Part shown: positions 1 through 12,799 of the stretch, piece by piece
How positions within the stretch are numbered: position 1 is the stretch's first letter
How the letters are laid out: each line of letters opens with the position of its first letter
Assembly (NCBI RefSeq): GCF_963506605.1
Contig: NC_083288.1
Coordinates: 29,202,001-29,266,000, forward strand
Direction of reading: 5' to 3'
Length of the DNA: 64,000 nucleotides
Source: Zootoca vivipara
Lineage: Eukaryota
Position numbers and translations under genes: made by a program
Notes under the pieces: model-generated
Databases searched by the model: none
The model's input: only the letters and a program-made list of their open reading frames with translations
Told to the model about the DNA's origin: nothing

Positions 1-539
1 CCACACTATCTGCATTAACCTTTTATTTTTTCCTGAAAGGATTAAATCTTTAGAGAAAATACATGAAATATAAGTCATCAGCAATTCTATCTCCATACTT
101 CCAGTATGTGCCATTTTTTGATGAAATACAACTGGTTCCAAGTATACCACTTGAACATCAATTTAAAATTATGGAGCTAGATCCAAATTTGGTCATGCTT
201 GGGGGAAGCATATTGAAATCATTGGGACTTAGGTTAGTTAAGTAGGAACAGAAATGTAGGCAAGGAATAAGAATTCCACGTTTGAAAGGTTACACAGAGA
301 ATTCAACTAATTTTTTCTTTCTAAAACATTATCACTACGTGTATCTGGATAATGTTGATGATTAAAATTATTTAGCTTTCTATCCTGTCATTCCTCCAAA
401 GAAGTCCAGGGCAGGAAACAACAAGTGATAAAACAAAGCAAAGCAAAACAAAACAATAACAAAAAGTTATTTTTTTAAAAAAATCCCAATATACATCTTG
501 ACTTAAAAGGCTTGCGGAAAGATGTTTTTTGGTAGCTGC

Positions 540-583
<44 letters not shown>
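540..583. repeat. (AAC)n microsatellite
   Basis: Direct reading. Confidence 0.95.
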
Positions 584-1278
584 CTAATGACAGATAGCGT
601 CTATCTAAAGCAGACACTTTTATAAAGTAATGAGAAGGGGGGGGTCCAAGTCTGTAATGATAAGCCCTGGTATAGTACAATATTTAAGCCAATAATAACA
701 GTCAGAGAAAAGTGTTGGAGATTTTTCATTATTATATTTTTGGAATGATATGAAATAGTGCTGTCCAAAAGAAAAAAAAGTAAAAAAAAGTTTCCTCATC
801 AATTGGGGGGGGGGAATGTATTTGACTTTTTTTTTAACGGCAGAAAAATTCAGTGAAATACAAATATCCACATATGCAGGGTTTCTGATGTGCTTACTTT
901 ACGTTTGAAACAGTTGAAGTGGCTATTTGAAATTTGAGTTCTATGTACATTCTACAGAGCATTTTACCACTGGTCTGCACCCTTCATCCTTGCAAACTGC
1001 CAGAAATACCCACCATGAGTTAAAGCCTCAAGCTGAAATGATGAACAAATTCTCAGTTGCCCTGAATATGAAACAGAAAAATGTAACCATCTTTCTCTTG
1101 GGGGGGAGGGGGGAGGAAAGATTTTGGCCTACTACTAAACTGAATATTTGGAACACCCCACAGGCTTTAAAACAAAAACAGACATCTCAAGCCCTAGCTA
1201 TAGTGTTCCAAGCCCCCACATTCAATTTCCCAGCACTACTACAAGATAAATCCAAGGATTTGTTGGTATCAGTCTATT

Positions 1279-2214
1279 TCAGGACAACATTTTCTTCATC
1301 ATTCTCTTCTGTAACGCCCCCTTCACATCTTTGTTTCTGAGGGTGTAAATCAGTGGGTTCAACATAGGGGAGAGAATGTTATTAAAGAGGGCAATCATTC
1401 TATCCTTGTTAAGTGAGTAGCTGGAGAAGGGCCTGATATATTGAAAGATAGAGCCACCATAGAAGAGCAGGACAACAGTGAGATGAGAAGCACAAGTTGA
1501 AAAGGCTTTCCTCATCCCATCTGAAGAATGCATTTTCAGAACCCTCAAGATGATGTGACTATAGGAAAGAAGGACACACATGCCAGGTCCAAAGCCCATT
1601 ATGGGACTAGTAGAAAGCAGGGCAATAATACTGCTAGAGATGTCCCCACAGGAGATAGCTACAAGAGGAGAGATGTCACAGTAGAAGTAGTTGATCTTAT
1701 TCATACCACAAAGGGGCAGGCGGAATGTGATAAATGTGTGAATGGTGGTGTTGAGCGAACTTGTGAACCAAGAAGCTGACACCAGCTGGGCACAGAGTTT
1801 GTAATTCATGACCACATTATAGCGGAGAGGATTGCAGATGGCAACATAACGATCATAAGCCATGGCAGCCAACAGGAGGGTCTCAGTACCAATGAATAAA
1901 ATGAAGAAAAAGAGTTGCACCTTGCACCTTTCATATGAGATGGCATTTCTTCCTGAAATCAGGTGCACAATTATCTGTGGAATGGTGGTTGTAGTCTGGC
2001 AGATGTCCAGGAGGGATAGGTTACAGAGGAAGAAGTACATGGGAGTTTGAAGGCTTGGTTCTATGGAGACAAGTGTGATGATGAGAATATTCCCCATCAG
2101 TGTGAAGAGATAAGTGATGAGGAGAAATCCAGAAAGGAGGAAACACCATTCATAACGGTTTGAAAATGTCAGAAGGATGAATTCAGATGGAGCAGTTTCA
2201 TTACTGACATCCAT
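1279..2214 (-). CDS. Olfactory receptor, class II (OR5V1-like), paralog A, 311 aa
   Basis: Single-exon ORF with N-glycosylation site NET and OR motifs GN, LQTPMYFFL, MAYDRYVAICNPLRY, KAFSTCASHL, PMLNPLIYTLRN. Confidence 0.96.
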   Translation of the reverse strand: MDVSNETAPSEFILLTFSNRYEWCFLLSGFLLITYLFTLMGNILIITLVSIEPSLQTPMYFFLCNLSLLDICQTTTTIPQIIVHLISGRNAISYERCKVQLFFFILFIGTETLLLAAMAYDRYVAICNPLRYNVVMNYKLCAQLVSASWFTSSLNTTIHTFITFRLPLCGMNKINYFYCDISPLVAISCGDISSSIIALLSTSPIMGFGPGMCVLLSYSHIILRVLKMHSSDGMRKAFSTCASHLTVVLLFYGGSIFQYIRPFSSYSLNKDRMIALFNNILSPMLNPLIYTLRNKDVKGALQKRMMKKMLS

Positions 2215-2829
2215 TTTATTAGCTTCGTAAAATGATTTTTATCTATAGACAGAGAAAAAAATACTTTATTAGTTTTTTGGGGGGTGGTAATTAAATGAAC
2301 AAAGGGAGAAACATTTAAAACTTAAGCTTGCGCCAATGGATTTACATCAGCTATATATAACTTAAGGGTCCTCTCTGAGTATTACCAAATTGGGAACAAC
2401 ATTAAATTCTCCATAAGATATCATGCTCTTAGATAATGATAATGATGATTAACATGTCACCCATCTGACTGGGTTGCCACAGACACTCTGGGTGGCTGGC
2501 AACAAAATATTAAAAGCAAAATAAACCACCAAACATTCAAAAATTACCTATGCAGGGCTGCCTTCAGATGTCTTCTAAAAGTCACATAGTTGTTTATTTT
2601 CTTGACATCTGAAGGGAAGGTGTTCTCTAGGACAGGTGACACTACTGAGCAGGCTTGATAGTGCAAGCTTAGTTCTGATAATGTCAGACTTGGTTTAAAC
2701 AAAAATCCTCAGCAAGCTTGGAGATACCGGTAGTATCAAATTTAACAGATTTATAGACCACGCAACAGAGACTATCAGAGCAGTGTACAATAAAACACAG
2801 TGGGGGTGGGAGAGTTGTCATATAATTCA

Positions 2830-2834
<5 letters not shown>

Positions 2835-2904
<70 letters not shown>
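2835..2904. repeat. (GA)n microsatellite
   Basis: Direct reading. Confidence 0.95.
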
Positions 2905-2907
<3 letters not shown>

Positions 2908-4722
2908 CCCGGAATGATGAAGCAAGCAAACATGAATATTTTAAACAATCTCTGAACATTGCTTGTTATTGATTGTCATTGAATCCTACAAAGTAGTTGT
3001 TCCAAAACTAAATACCTTGCTGCCAACAAACAGGAGATTAAGAGGCCACCGGGAGAGTCAAAATGCACCAGCTCTCATTTTTTATGAACAGTAAATCTGA
3101 GTGGGGGATATGTCCATGCCAGTTCTGTAAACTGAACAATTAATGAAGGTTAAAGTTATCCATGACTACTAGCTACAATGACTATCTTTCTGCCTCTACT
3201 CTCAGAGGCCATCTATGCCTCTGAAAGCCAGTTAATGGGGATCACAAGTTGGGAGAATGCTGTTGCACTCAGCTTCTGCTTGGGGGATGCCCTTAGGTAT
3301 CTGTTTGGTCACTGTGAGAAACGGATACTAGACTACAATGGTGCTGTACTCTGATTTGACATAGCTCTTCTTACATTCAATTTATCCTTAGAAAAGACAG
3401 TCTGAAATATGTTTAGTATCAGCCAGGCATTAAATATCAAATTTGCATTGAGAGGCATTTACGTAAGACTGAGATACATGCAAGGCTTACCAATCAGAAT
3501 CCTTTAAACTGTGTTTAAATCTTGGATACCCAAATGGGGAAGGGGGGAGTTCTTACTGAATATTTTCTCTGTGTTGCAGTTCATGGCTGTAAGTCAAAGA
3601 TTGCAAACTGTCCTATTATCTTTCAGTGTGTGCTTTTATATATTTACAAGCATGCCAGTTGGGCCTCCCCTGTGTGGTGGCATGTGTATAGTTGTCTGGC
3701 GGTGGAGAAGCAACGGGAGTGTAGAAAAAACAAAACAAGAAAATAATCCCACTGGTATAAGTTTAATGATTCACATTATTTGGACATTTTTCACTGAAAA
3801 CAAAGTTGATAAAGCTACTGGGAGGACACTTAGAAACTTTGAAGAGTTTGGGGCTGTTTTTTCCTGTGAGATTCCCATGTTAAGAGTTTTACAGAGCTAC
3901 TTGGGTCACTGGTTGACAGGACCAGTCATCCCTCTGCCCCATCGTTCTCTTGATGATATAAGGGTTACTTATGTTAGACCTTCAGCAGAACCTTACTGAA
4001 ATCCTGAGTAAAAGGCACTTTGAATGGTCCTTATAATAAATAGGGCCTCACCCCCACACCCATACAATAGGGCTTGTGCAAATGAACAGCTATGCCACAC
4101 CCTAAACCTTGTTGGAATCTCTCAAATAGGTCACTCAGTTAGACCCTGCATACTTAGCGTGCACCATGACAGAATTAAATGCTAGGCAACTCCTGGGCAT
4201 TTTCAACCTTAACAAAGTGCCAATCCAACTGCCCCCCTTCTATGACAAATCTGATTAGCTGCAGTAGTTTGATCCTTCATCCTTCCTAAGTGCCTGCATT
4301 TCCATCAAAGCTCAGGAGTACACATCATGAGGTAAACACACAAGTGTCTTTTTCCAATCAGGAATCAAAGGGAGAAAGGGAGGCTGAAAAATGCTAAAGG
4401 AGCGCTGACTGGAAAGAAAATATTGGGAATTTTAGCAACAATCAAGTAATCCCAGCACCTTGCACCAACTGACATTCTAAACAAACCTTCAAATGTACCA
4501 AATGTAAAACAGAAATATGTAACCTTTGGGGGTGTCCAGCCAAAAAACTAGATGACAGGATTTTTTTAAAAAAAATATTGTTTATTTTTACAGCACTGTT
4601 TGGTATACAACCCTGATACATTTTTGTAACATCAGATTAAAAATAAATTCTAGGCCCTAGTTACTCTGCTCTAAACCTCAACTTCTACTCTCTGGCACAA
4701 TTAAAAAGTAAAGCCAAGAATT

Positions 4723-5655
4723 TCATGGCATTTTCTTCATCATTCTCTTTTGCAGTGCCCCCTTCACATCATTGTTTCTGAGGGTGTAGATCAGTGGGTT
4801 CAACAAAGGGGAGAGTATGTTGTTAAAAAGGGCAATCTTGCTATCTTTGCTGAGTGAGTAGCTGGAGAAGGGCCTGATATATTGAAAAATAGAGCTGCCA
4901 TAGAAGAGCAGGACAACTGTGAGATGAGAAGCGCAAGTTGAAAAGGCTTTCCTAATCCCAGAGGAAGAATGCATTTTCAGAACCCTCAAGATGATGTGAA
5001 TATAGGAAAGGAGGACACACATAGCTGGTCCAATGCCTATTACAGGGCTAGCAGCCAGCATGGCAATAATATTGCCAGAGATATCACCACAGGAAATAGC
5101 TAGGAGGGGAGGGATGTCACAGAAGAAGTAGTTGATCTTATTCATACCACAAAAGGACAGGCACAATGTGAAAAGGGTGTGGATGGTGGCATTGAGTGAA
5201 CTTGTGAACCAAGAAGCTGACACCAGTTGGGCACAAAGTTTGTAATTCATAACCACATTGTAGTGCAGAGGATTGCAGATGGCAACATAACGATCATAAG
5301 CCATGACAGCCAACAGGAGTGTCTCAGCACCAATGAATAAAAGAAGGAAAAATAGTTGCGTAATGCATCTTTCATACGATATGGCATTTCCCCCTGAGAT
5401 CAGATGCACTATTATCTGTGGAATGGTGGTTGTAGTCTGGCAGACATCTAGGAAGGATAGGTTGCTCAGAAAGAAGTACATGGGAGTTTGAAGGCTTGGT
5501 TCTACAAAGACAAATGTGATGATGAGAATATTCTCCATGAGTGTGAAGAGATAAGTGATGACCAGAAATCCAGAGAGGAGGAAATTCCATTCACTGCTGT
5601 TTGAAAATGCAAGAAGGATGAATTCGAAAGGAGTGGTTTCATTACTGACATCCAT
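4723..5655 (-). CDS. Olfactory receptor (OR5V1-like), paralog B, 310 aa; TM1 GN motif changed to EN
   Basis: Intact ORF; PMYFFLSNLS, MAYDRYVAIC, KAFSTCASHL, PLLNPLIYTLRN. Confidence 0.94.
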   Translation of the reverse strand: MDVSNETTPFEFILLAFSNSSEWNFLLSGFLVITYLFTLMENILIITFVFVEPSLQTPMYFFLSNLSFLDVCQTTTTIPQIIVHLISGGNAISYERCITQLFFLLLFIGAETLLLAVMAYDRYVAICNPLHYNVVMNYKLCAQLVSASWFTSSLNATIHTLFTLCLSFCGMNKINYFFCDIPPLLAISCGDISGNIIAMLAASPVIGIGPAMCVLLSYIHIILRVLKMHSSSGIRKAFSTCASHLTVVLLFYGSSIFQYIRPFSSYSLSKDSKIALFNNILSPLLNPLIYTLRNNDVKGALQKRMMKKMP

Positions 5656-5764
5656 TTTATTATATTAATAGATTGATTTTTATCTGTAGACAGAAGCAAA
5701 AATATGTTATTTGGTGTGGTGGTGCAAAAAAATAAATGAACAAAGGAAGAAGTGATAGACTTTT

Positions 5765-6611
5765 TAAAAAAAGCAATTTATTAGATTTTCCAATTAAACA
5801 CATTTAAACAAAAACAAACCACACATACAGCCACAAACACAACAACACATAATATGATATAATAAGATATCATCTTAATATCTTTTCAATCATTACAATT
5901 TTCTTTACTCTGCCGAGCTTTGACTTCCCTCCTTCCCCCATTCGTTTTTCTTATTCACTCCTATCTCGCAGTTCCTTTATTTCATCTACTTAAAGTCAAT
6001 TCGTAGGATTTATTTCAGTCCTGCAAGTGTCTTTAAACTTCTACAGTTCTTCTCCATATAATCCACAAATTTACTCCAGTCCTTTTGGAACCTTGACTCT
6101 CCCTGGTTTCGGATCCTGCTAGTGAGTCTTGCTAATTCCGCATAATCCATAATTTTCGTCTGCCACTCTTCAATCATCGGTAACTCCTGAGTTTTCCATT
6201 TTTGGGCTAACAAAGTTCTAGCCGCAGTTGTCACATACATAAATATTACTTGATCTCCTTTCATTATCTCTTGTCCTATAATTCCTAATAGAAAAGCTTC
6301 CGGTTTTTTGGGAAAGGTATATTTTAAAATCTTTTTCATTTCATTATATATGATTTCCCAAAATCTTTTGATTTTATCGCATGTCCACCACATATGATAA
6401 AATTCACCATCCTTCTCTTTACATTTTCAGCATGTTTTGCTACTCATCCTAAACATCATAGCCAATTTTACTGATGTTAAATACCATCTATACATCATCT
6501 TCAAAGCATTCTCTTTCAGGGTAGTACATGCAGTAAATTACAAAGTTTGGTTCCACAGTTTCAACCATGCGTCATATTCAATATTATACCCAAAATCTTT
6601 CGCCCATAGAG
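5765..6611 (-). mobile_element. 5'-truncated L1-clade LINE
   Basis: ORF2 C-terminus (C..C...HMWWTC..IK.FW), A-rich tail, TSD gtgatagactttt at 5752 and 6612. Confidence 0.85.
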
Positions 6612-9017
6612 GTGATAGACTTTTACTCTTGCTCTGTAGCTTCAACTTCTTTCATTTTTAGCTATCTATATATTAATGTTGGAACCTGTGAGGAGCTTAG
6701 GTTGATTTCCTGCAATTTCTTTCCCAACATTTGATCACAAATTTTTAGGATTACTAAGGAGCTTTGACTAACTTTTACTTTCTTCAGTATGTACTAATGT
6801 AAGCTTTGACAGGCCAGAGGAGTTTTTTACTTGGTCGCCTACAGATTCCTTTCCTTCTCTTGATCCAAGAATTTACTTGACATCACTGAACTGGCCTAGG
6901 AAGATCTCCTTTTAAGTAAATTAAAACTGTTATGTTGCCATGGAGAGTAGATAACTTGTCAATTGCTACATGGAACAAATTCTTTAGAGATGTATACATA
7001 TTAAAACCACCGCAGATACATATTATAGAATCAAGCTAGATCTCTTTGAGAAGAAAAAATCTGTGGTCTGAGTCCAACAGAATCTCAGTCTCTACATGTG
7101 TAGCCTGTGTGTTCATCCAAGGATGGGCGAGTCTTTCAATTTCAGTTCCACCTCCCACCACACTTCTCCACACTTCCACATCTAACTGCCCTTTTATTAA
7201 AAGAAAACCCCTCTTGAAAATTCAGTGGCATTTTACTGCATATTTCTCATAATATACAGTTTATGAACCCATTTCCCCTAATATAATGTATTTGTGAATG
7301 TTATTTCCAGGAATAAATGCATGTTATGCACATCTTATTCTACTAAATGCAAATTTGTAAACAACAAGCTGTATACTTTTTTATATTATGCATGTCTATT
7401 TGGAAACAAGTTAAATTATTTCCAGTGGGGAAAACTCGCAATAAGGTGCATTTACAACTACAGTATTAATGGAGAAACATACCGATGAATGGCTGTGTTC
7501 TCTTAGCTGAAGATGACTAAGGCTATTAATGAACTACACTCTAAGTTCCACAGCAGCACAGAAATGCAAATGCCAACATGTCAGTTCAGGTCACTGTGGC
7601 ACCCAACAGAACAGATATCTCCTCACCACACCCTTTTTCATCTGGACACGTAGTGAGGAAAGTTGCAACACAACACCTTGAATCTTGCTTCCTGAAGTAA
7701 AGCACCAACTACTTTATTTCTTTTTCAGGAAAATCAGTTTTCAGGGCCCCAATCCAGATCAACACAATACTGTAGGTGTGGTGGGAAGGTTTCACCCTTT
7801 TTACAAATGGACTACAGAGAACCTGCTTTTAGATAATAATCCAATATGCCACTCATCTGACTGGGTTGCCCCAGGCATTCTGAGCAGCTCCCACCAAAAT
7901 ATGAAAAACATAATAAAACATCAAACATTTAAAATTTTCTGCTTGAGGGCTGCCCTTAGGTATCTGGCTTGTCATTGTGAGAAATGGATACTGAACTACA
8001 GTGGTGCTGTAGTCTGACTTGACATGGCTCCTCTCACATTCAAATTATCCTTAGAAAAGACAGTTTGAAACACATTCAGTATCAACTTAGCATTAAATAT
8101 TAGATTTGCATTCACTGGAATTTACAGAATATTGAGGTACCTGCATGGCTTATCAATTAGAATCCTTTAAACAGTATTTAAATCTCGGCCTTCCCAAATA
8201 GGTAGGGGGTGTTATTACTGAGTACCTTCTCTGTGTTGCAGTTCATTGCAGAAAGCCAAGGAGTGCAAATTATCCTATATTCTTTCAATGTATTTGTGGC
8301 TTTGTGGTATTTTGTATATATTTGTGAGCATGCTAGTTTGGCCTCCCCCGTGTGGTGGCATGTGTGTGCTTGCCTGAGGCGGAGAACAAAAGGGAGTACG
8401 GAAAACCCCAAGGAAACTAGTCCCACTGGTATAAATTTAATGAGTCACATTATTTGGTCATTTTTCATTGAAAACAAAGTAGAAAAAAATACTGTGAAGA
8501 CACTTAGAAACTTTGAATAGTTTATATGTTATGGGGGAAGTAAGTTTTGCAAGATCTGTTGGGGGATTGTGCACAATGGCCAGAGAATGTACAAACTCCA
8601 GTCAATGTATGCCTATTTCTTGAGTTCTGTTGGAGACTGTGTGTACTGACTAGGGAATGTGAAGAATTTCGTCTTCCGTGAAGAATTATGTGCATAGTCT
8701 CCACAATAACTGTTGCACAGTGGTGGTTGTTTATGTACATTAACTGCTCTACTCACCTTGCTGAGGTCCTGGACTGCAGGTCTGATGTAGCGGAATGGTG
8801 GTTGGAACCAGCTGGAGAATCACCAAAGAAAGAAGGGTCAGAGCTTAGGGAGCGGTGGCGGGGTAATGATGTTTGCTCAGAGGAGGAAGAGGGAGAAGAC
8901 TGGGAAGAAGAGCTATTATAAGATGAAAAGGTAACAGGGTTCAGTGAACAGGAAGAGGCTGTGGCAGAGAGCTACCGAGTGGCAGAAGTAGAGGCTAGAG
9001 AAGAAGGAGACCAAGAT

Positions 9018-9203
9018 CAGGGCTGGCTCTAGGGGTAGGCTGGGTGGGGCGGTGCACCAGGTCGCCGGGCTGGCAGGGGGGCGCCGCACGGCAAAGTTGT
9101 GTGAAAGCTGTGCTGCACACTGCGCCCTCCCACCAGGGTGGGGGCGCCAGAGCGATCTCCACACCACGGCGCCAGGTCGCCCAACATGCTTGAGACGGCC
9201 CTA
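9018..9203. mobile_element. hAT-type MITE
   Basis: Imperfect TIRs cagggc.../...gcccta; 8-bp TSD accaagat. Confidence 0.75.
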
Positions 9204-9839
9204 ACCAAGATCGAGTTTCCCCAGGGGAAAGCTCAGAGTTTTAAAATCCAAGATATATGAAAAGGTTGAATGAAATAAAATGCACCACAACACCAAGGCA
9301 GACACTGGGGGACCGCTTTGATTTGTGAGTTTCATGGTGAGAGGCAGTATATATTTATTGGTTTTCTCTGTTACAACTGTAGCAAGTCATTTTAAAAAAT
9401 GCAATACACATCTCAACTTAAACAGCTTGTTGAAAAAGAAAGACAACAGAGAGGGCACCTGTCTAAAGTACTGTAGACGCTTTTATAAGTACTTCCTTTT
9501 AGAAGATAATGTGAAGTCCCTGATAGTAGAAGTCCCTAATGATGAGTCCGAATAGACTACAGAGATAACGCTTATATTAACAGTATCATAAGCCAGAGAA
9601 AACAGAAATTTTCCATTGTTACCTTCATAAATTAGTTTGGTGAAAGCAATAAATAACCCCTTTAAAAAAACCTCCATAAAATATAGAGAAAATTGTGACT
9701 GAAAATTCTCAAAAGGAAATGGCTTGTGAATTTCAAGTGCCCTTTTATTTTGTTATATAGATCATCTTACCAGTGGCCTATACCCTTCATCCAGTGCTAT
9801 TTTTATAGGGGGGGGGAGTTGCAGAAGGTCACAATGAAC

Positions 9840-10106
9840 CATAGCTGCCAAGTCCCGGTTAGAAAAATATGGGATGAGCAGCTGCGGCACCAGAAGTCGC
9901 TTCTACGCATGTCCAGACATGTCCAGACATGCATAGGTGCAACTTCCGGTGCCAGCGCTGCCCGATTCCCGCTGCCGAGACATGGGCAGAGTGGCACTGG
10001 AAGAAATCCGGGGGAATTACAGGATATTTCACCATTCAGGATGACAGTGGGAAAGGGCTTTAAAAACGGGGGTTTCCCGGGGAAAACGGGAGACTTGGCA
10101 GCTATG
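9840..10106. mobile_element. hAT-type MITE (catagctgccaagt TIR family)
   Basis: 14-bp TIRs, 8-bp TSD caatgaac. Confidence 0.9.
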
Positions 10107-10441
10107 CAATGAACACCTTCCTTTTATAAAGGCAAACACCCTCCTTTTATAAAGGCAAAGGTGTCCACCTGAGAGCTGCTGGAACTGAGTTCCGGTGAGT
10201 TCCACCTGAAACAAGCCTTGTCTTCATCCTTCCTGAGTGCCTGTATTTGCATCCAAGCTCAGGATTACACATCATGAGGTGAACTCCTCCCAAGCGTCTT
10301 TTTCTGATCAGGAATCATAGGCAGGAAGGGAGGTTGAAAAATGAGGCAGAAGCATTTACAGGAAAGAAGACCTTGGGCATTTTAGCAACAAATCAAGTAA
10401 TCTCAGACCCCTGCTCCAATTGACATTCTAAAAACATTCTC

Positions 10442-11181
10442 TTTTTAAAATATTTTTATTAAAGAAAAAGTTTTTTAAACAATACAAATTGTCAATACAT
10501 AGCCAATTACAATCCCCCCCCCCTTTCCCCCGTCCCATCCCTCCCTCTCCCACCCTCTCCTAACCTCTAAGGACTTTCCTCAGCTGCCCTCTCTGGTTTT
10601 TTGTACATATTGTTTTCTGCATGTTATAAAATTGTACATATCATTGCATTATCTATCATATGTTCTACTAATAAATTGTGGATGTTTATTGAAAACCTGC
10701 CAAGGAGTCTAGATCCTTTTGTTTTCTTTTTAAATAGTTTGTAAAAAGTTCCCATTCTTCTTTGAAGTCACGGGTGTCCTTCTCACGTAGTTTATATGTC
10801 AACTTTGCCAACTCCGCATAGCTCATCAATTTTTCTCGTCATTGTTCTTTCGTTGGGATTTCCTCAGTCTTCCATCTTTGTGCTAACAAGACTCTTGCTG
10901 CTGTTGTAGCATACATAAATAAGTTCTTTATTTTCCTTGACAGGTCTTGTCCTAGAATCCCTAACAAAAATGCTTCTTCTATTTTTCTTTTTTCTTTTTT
11001 AACAAATGTCATTTTGAACACCTTTTTCAATTCATTATATATCATCTCCCATTTTTTTTTGACTTCTCTACATTCCCACTACATATGATATAAAGTACCT
11101 TCTTTTTATTTACATTTGCAACATATGTTTGTCCTGGTTTTGTACATTTTTGCCATTTTTACTGGTGGACTATACCATCTG
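10442..11181 (-). mobile_element. 5'-truncated L1-clade LINE
   Basis: Degenerate ORF2 C-terminus homologous to 6010-6393; 21-bp TSD tgacattctaaaaa(c/t)attctc. Confidence 0.85.
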
Positions 11182-11417
11182 TGACATTCTAAAAATATTC
11201 TCAAGTGAATTGAAAATGAATTAGAAATATGTAACTTTTGGGAGTGTGCCCCCCTCAGAAACGATGGCAGATTATTATTATTATTTTACAACACTGTTTG
11301 GAACATACCCCTGACATTCTGGGCCCTAGGTAAAGTGATCCAAACCTTAACTTCCATTCCCCTGCACACTTAAAAAATAAACCAAGAATTTCATCCTATC
11401 TGTGTATGCTACCTCTT

Positions 11418-12356
11418 TTAGGAAAGGATTTTCTTCATCATTCTCTTTTGCAGTGCTCCCTTCACATCATTGTTTCTGAGGGTGTAGATCAGTGGGTTCA
11501 ACAAAGGGGAGAGTATGTTGTTAAATAGGGCAATCTTGCTATCTTTGCTAAGTGAGTAGCTGGAGAAGGGCCTGATATATTGAAACATAGAGCTGCCATA
11601 GAAGAGCAGGACAACTGTAAGATGAGAAGCACAAGTTGAAAAGGCTTTCCTCATCCCAGAGGAAGAATGCATTTTCAGAACCCTCAAGATGATGTGAATA
11701 TAGGAAAGGAGGACACACATACCTGGTCCAATGCCCATTATAGGGCTAGCAGCCAGCATGGCAATAATATTGCCAGAGATATCTCCACAGGAAATAGCTA
11801 GGAGGGGAGGGATGTCACAGAAGAAGTAGTTGATCTTATTGATACCGCAAAGGGGCAGGTGCAATGTGAAAAGGGTGTGGATGGTGGCATTGAGTGAACT
11901 TGTGAACCAAGAAGCTGACACCAGTTGGGCACAGAGTTTGTAATTCATGACCACATTATAGCGGAGAGGATTGCAGATGGCAACATAACGATCATAAGCC
12001 ATGGCAGCCAACAGGAGTGGCTCAGTACCAATGAAGAAAATGAAGAAAAAGAGTTGCATCATGCATCTTTCATGTGAGATAGCATTTGTCCCTGAGATCA
12101 GATACACTATTATCTGTGGAATGGTGGTTGTAGTCTGGCAGATGTCCAGGAGGGATAGGTTGCTTAGAAGGAAGTACATGGGAGTTTGAAGATTTGGTTG
12201 TAAGCAGACAAGAATGATGATCAGAACATTCCCCATCAGTGTGAAGGTATAAGTGATGAGCAGAAATCCAGTGAAGAGAAAACGCCATTCATTAAGCTTT
12301 GAAAAAGCTAGGAAGATGAATTCAGATGGAGCGGATTCATTACAGACATGATCCAT
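11418..12356 (-). CDS. Olfactory receptor (OR5V1-like), paralog C, 312 aa
   Basis: Intact ORF with all OR motifs; close paralog of A and B. Confidence 0.96.
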   Translation of the reverse strand: MDHVCNESAPSEFIFLAFSKLNEWRFLFTGFLLITYTFTLMGNVLIIILVCLQPNLQTPMYFLLSNLSLLDICQTTTTIPQIIVYLISGTNAISHERCMMQLFFFIFFIGTEPLLLAAMAYDRYVAICNPLRYNVVMNYKLCAQLVSASWFTSSLNATIHTLFTLHLPLCGINKINYFFCDIPPLLAISCGDISGNIIAMLAASPIMGIGPGMCVLLSYIHIILRVLKMHSSSGMRKAFSTCASHLTVVLLFYGSSMFQYIRPFSSYSLSKDSKIALFNNILSPLLNPLIYTLRNNDVKGALQKRMMKKILS

Positions 12357-12746
12357 TTGATGAGCTTCGTAGATAGATTGTTATCTGCAGATACGTTATT
12401 AGTGAAAATACCAAAATATATTATTAGTGATAAAACAGGACATTGAATTAGCAAATAATTAAAATTTTGGCATTGCAAAATAGCTCCAACTTTTTGTTTC
12501 ATTTTTCAATATCTGCATATGTGCTAATGTAAGCTTGTGGGGGAGAATTGGTCTAGATGGTCTCCAGGATCCTTTCCATCTCTTGATCCCAATTTTAGAC
12601 AAGAGGTTGCCTTACAACTTGGCCTGTGAATGATCTATTTTATTAATTAGAGATCACATGTTGCCATGGGAACTAAATTGCTTGCCAATTGCTTCAGGAC
12701 CATCAGAGAATGGATAGATATTTACACCTAACCAAGCTAAGCATGC

Positions 12747-12783
<37 letters not shown>

Positions 12784-12799
12784 ATTATTATTATTATTA
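12747..12799. repeat. (ATT)n microsatellite
   Basis: Direct reading. Confidence 0.95.

Noticed and set aside
372-680. Poly-Val, poly-Ile, SL, RE and similar low-complexity ORFs across the window
   Set aside because: These are translations of microsatellites.
3511-3999. 162-aa ORF with a homologous ORF at 8209-8520, suggesting a small gene family
   Set aside because: Both use non-ATG starts and have different ends with no recognisable domain; the similarity is explained by duplication of non-coding OR flank.
8530-9330. Purine-rich stretch resembling a decayed Gypsy LTR
   Set aside because: No boundaries, TSD or partner LTR could be established.
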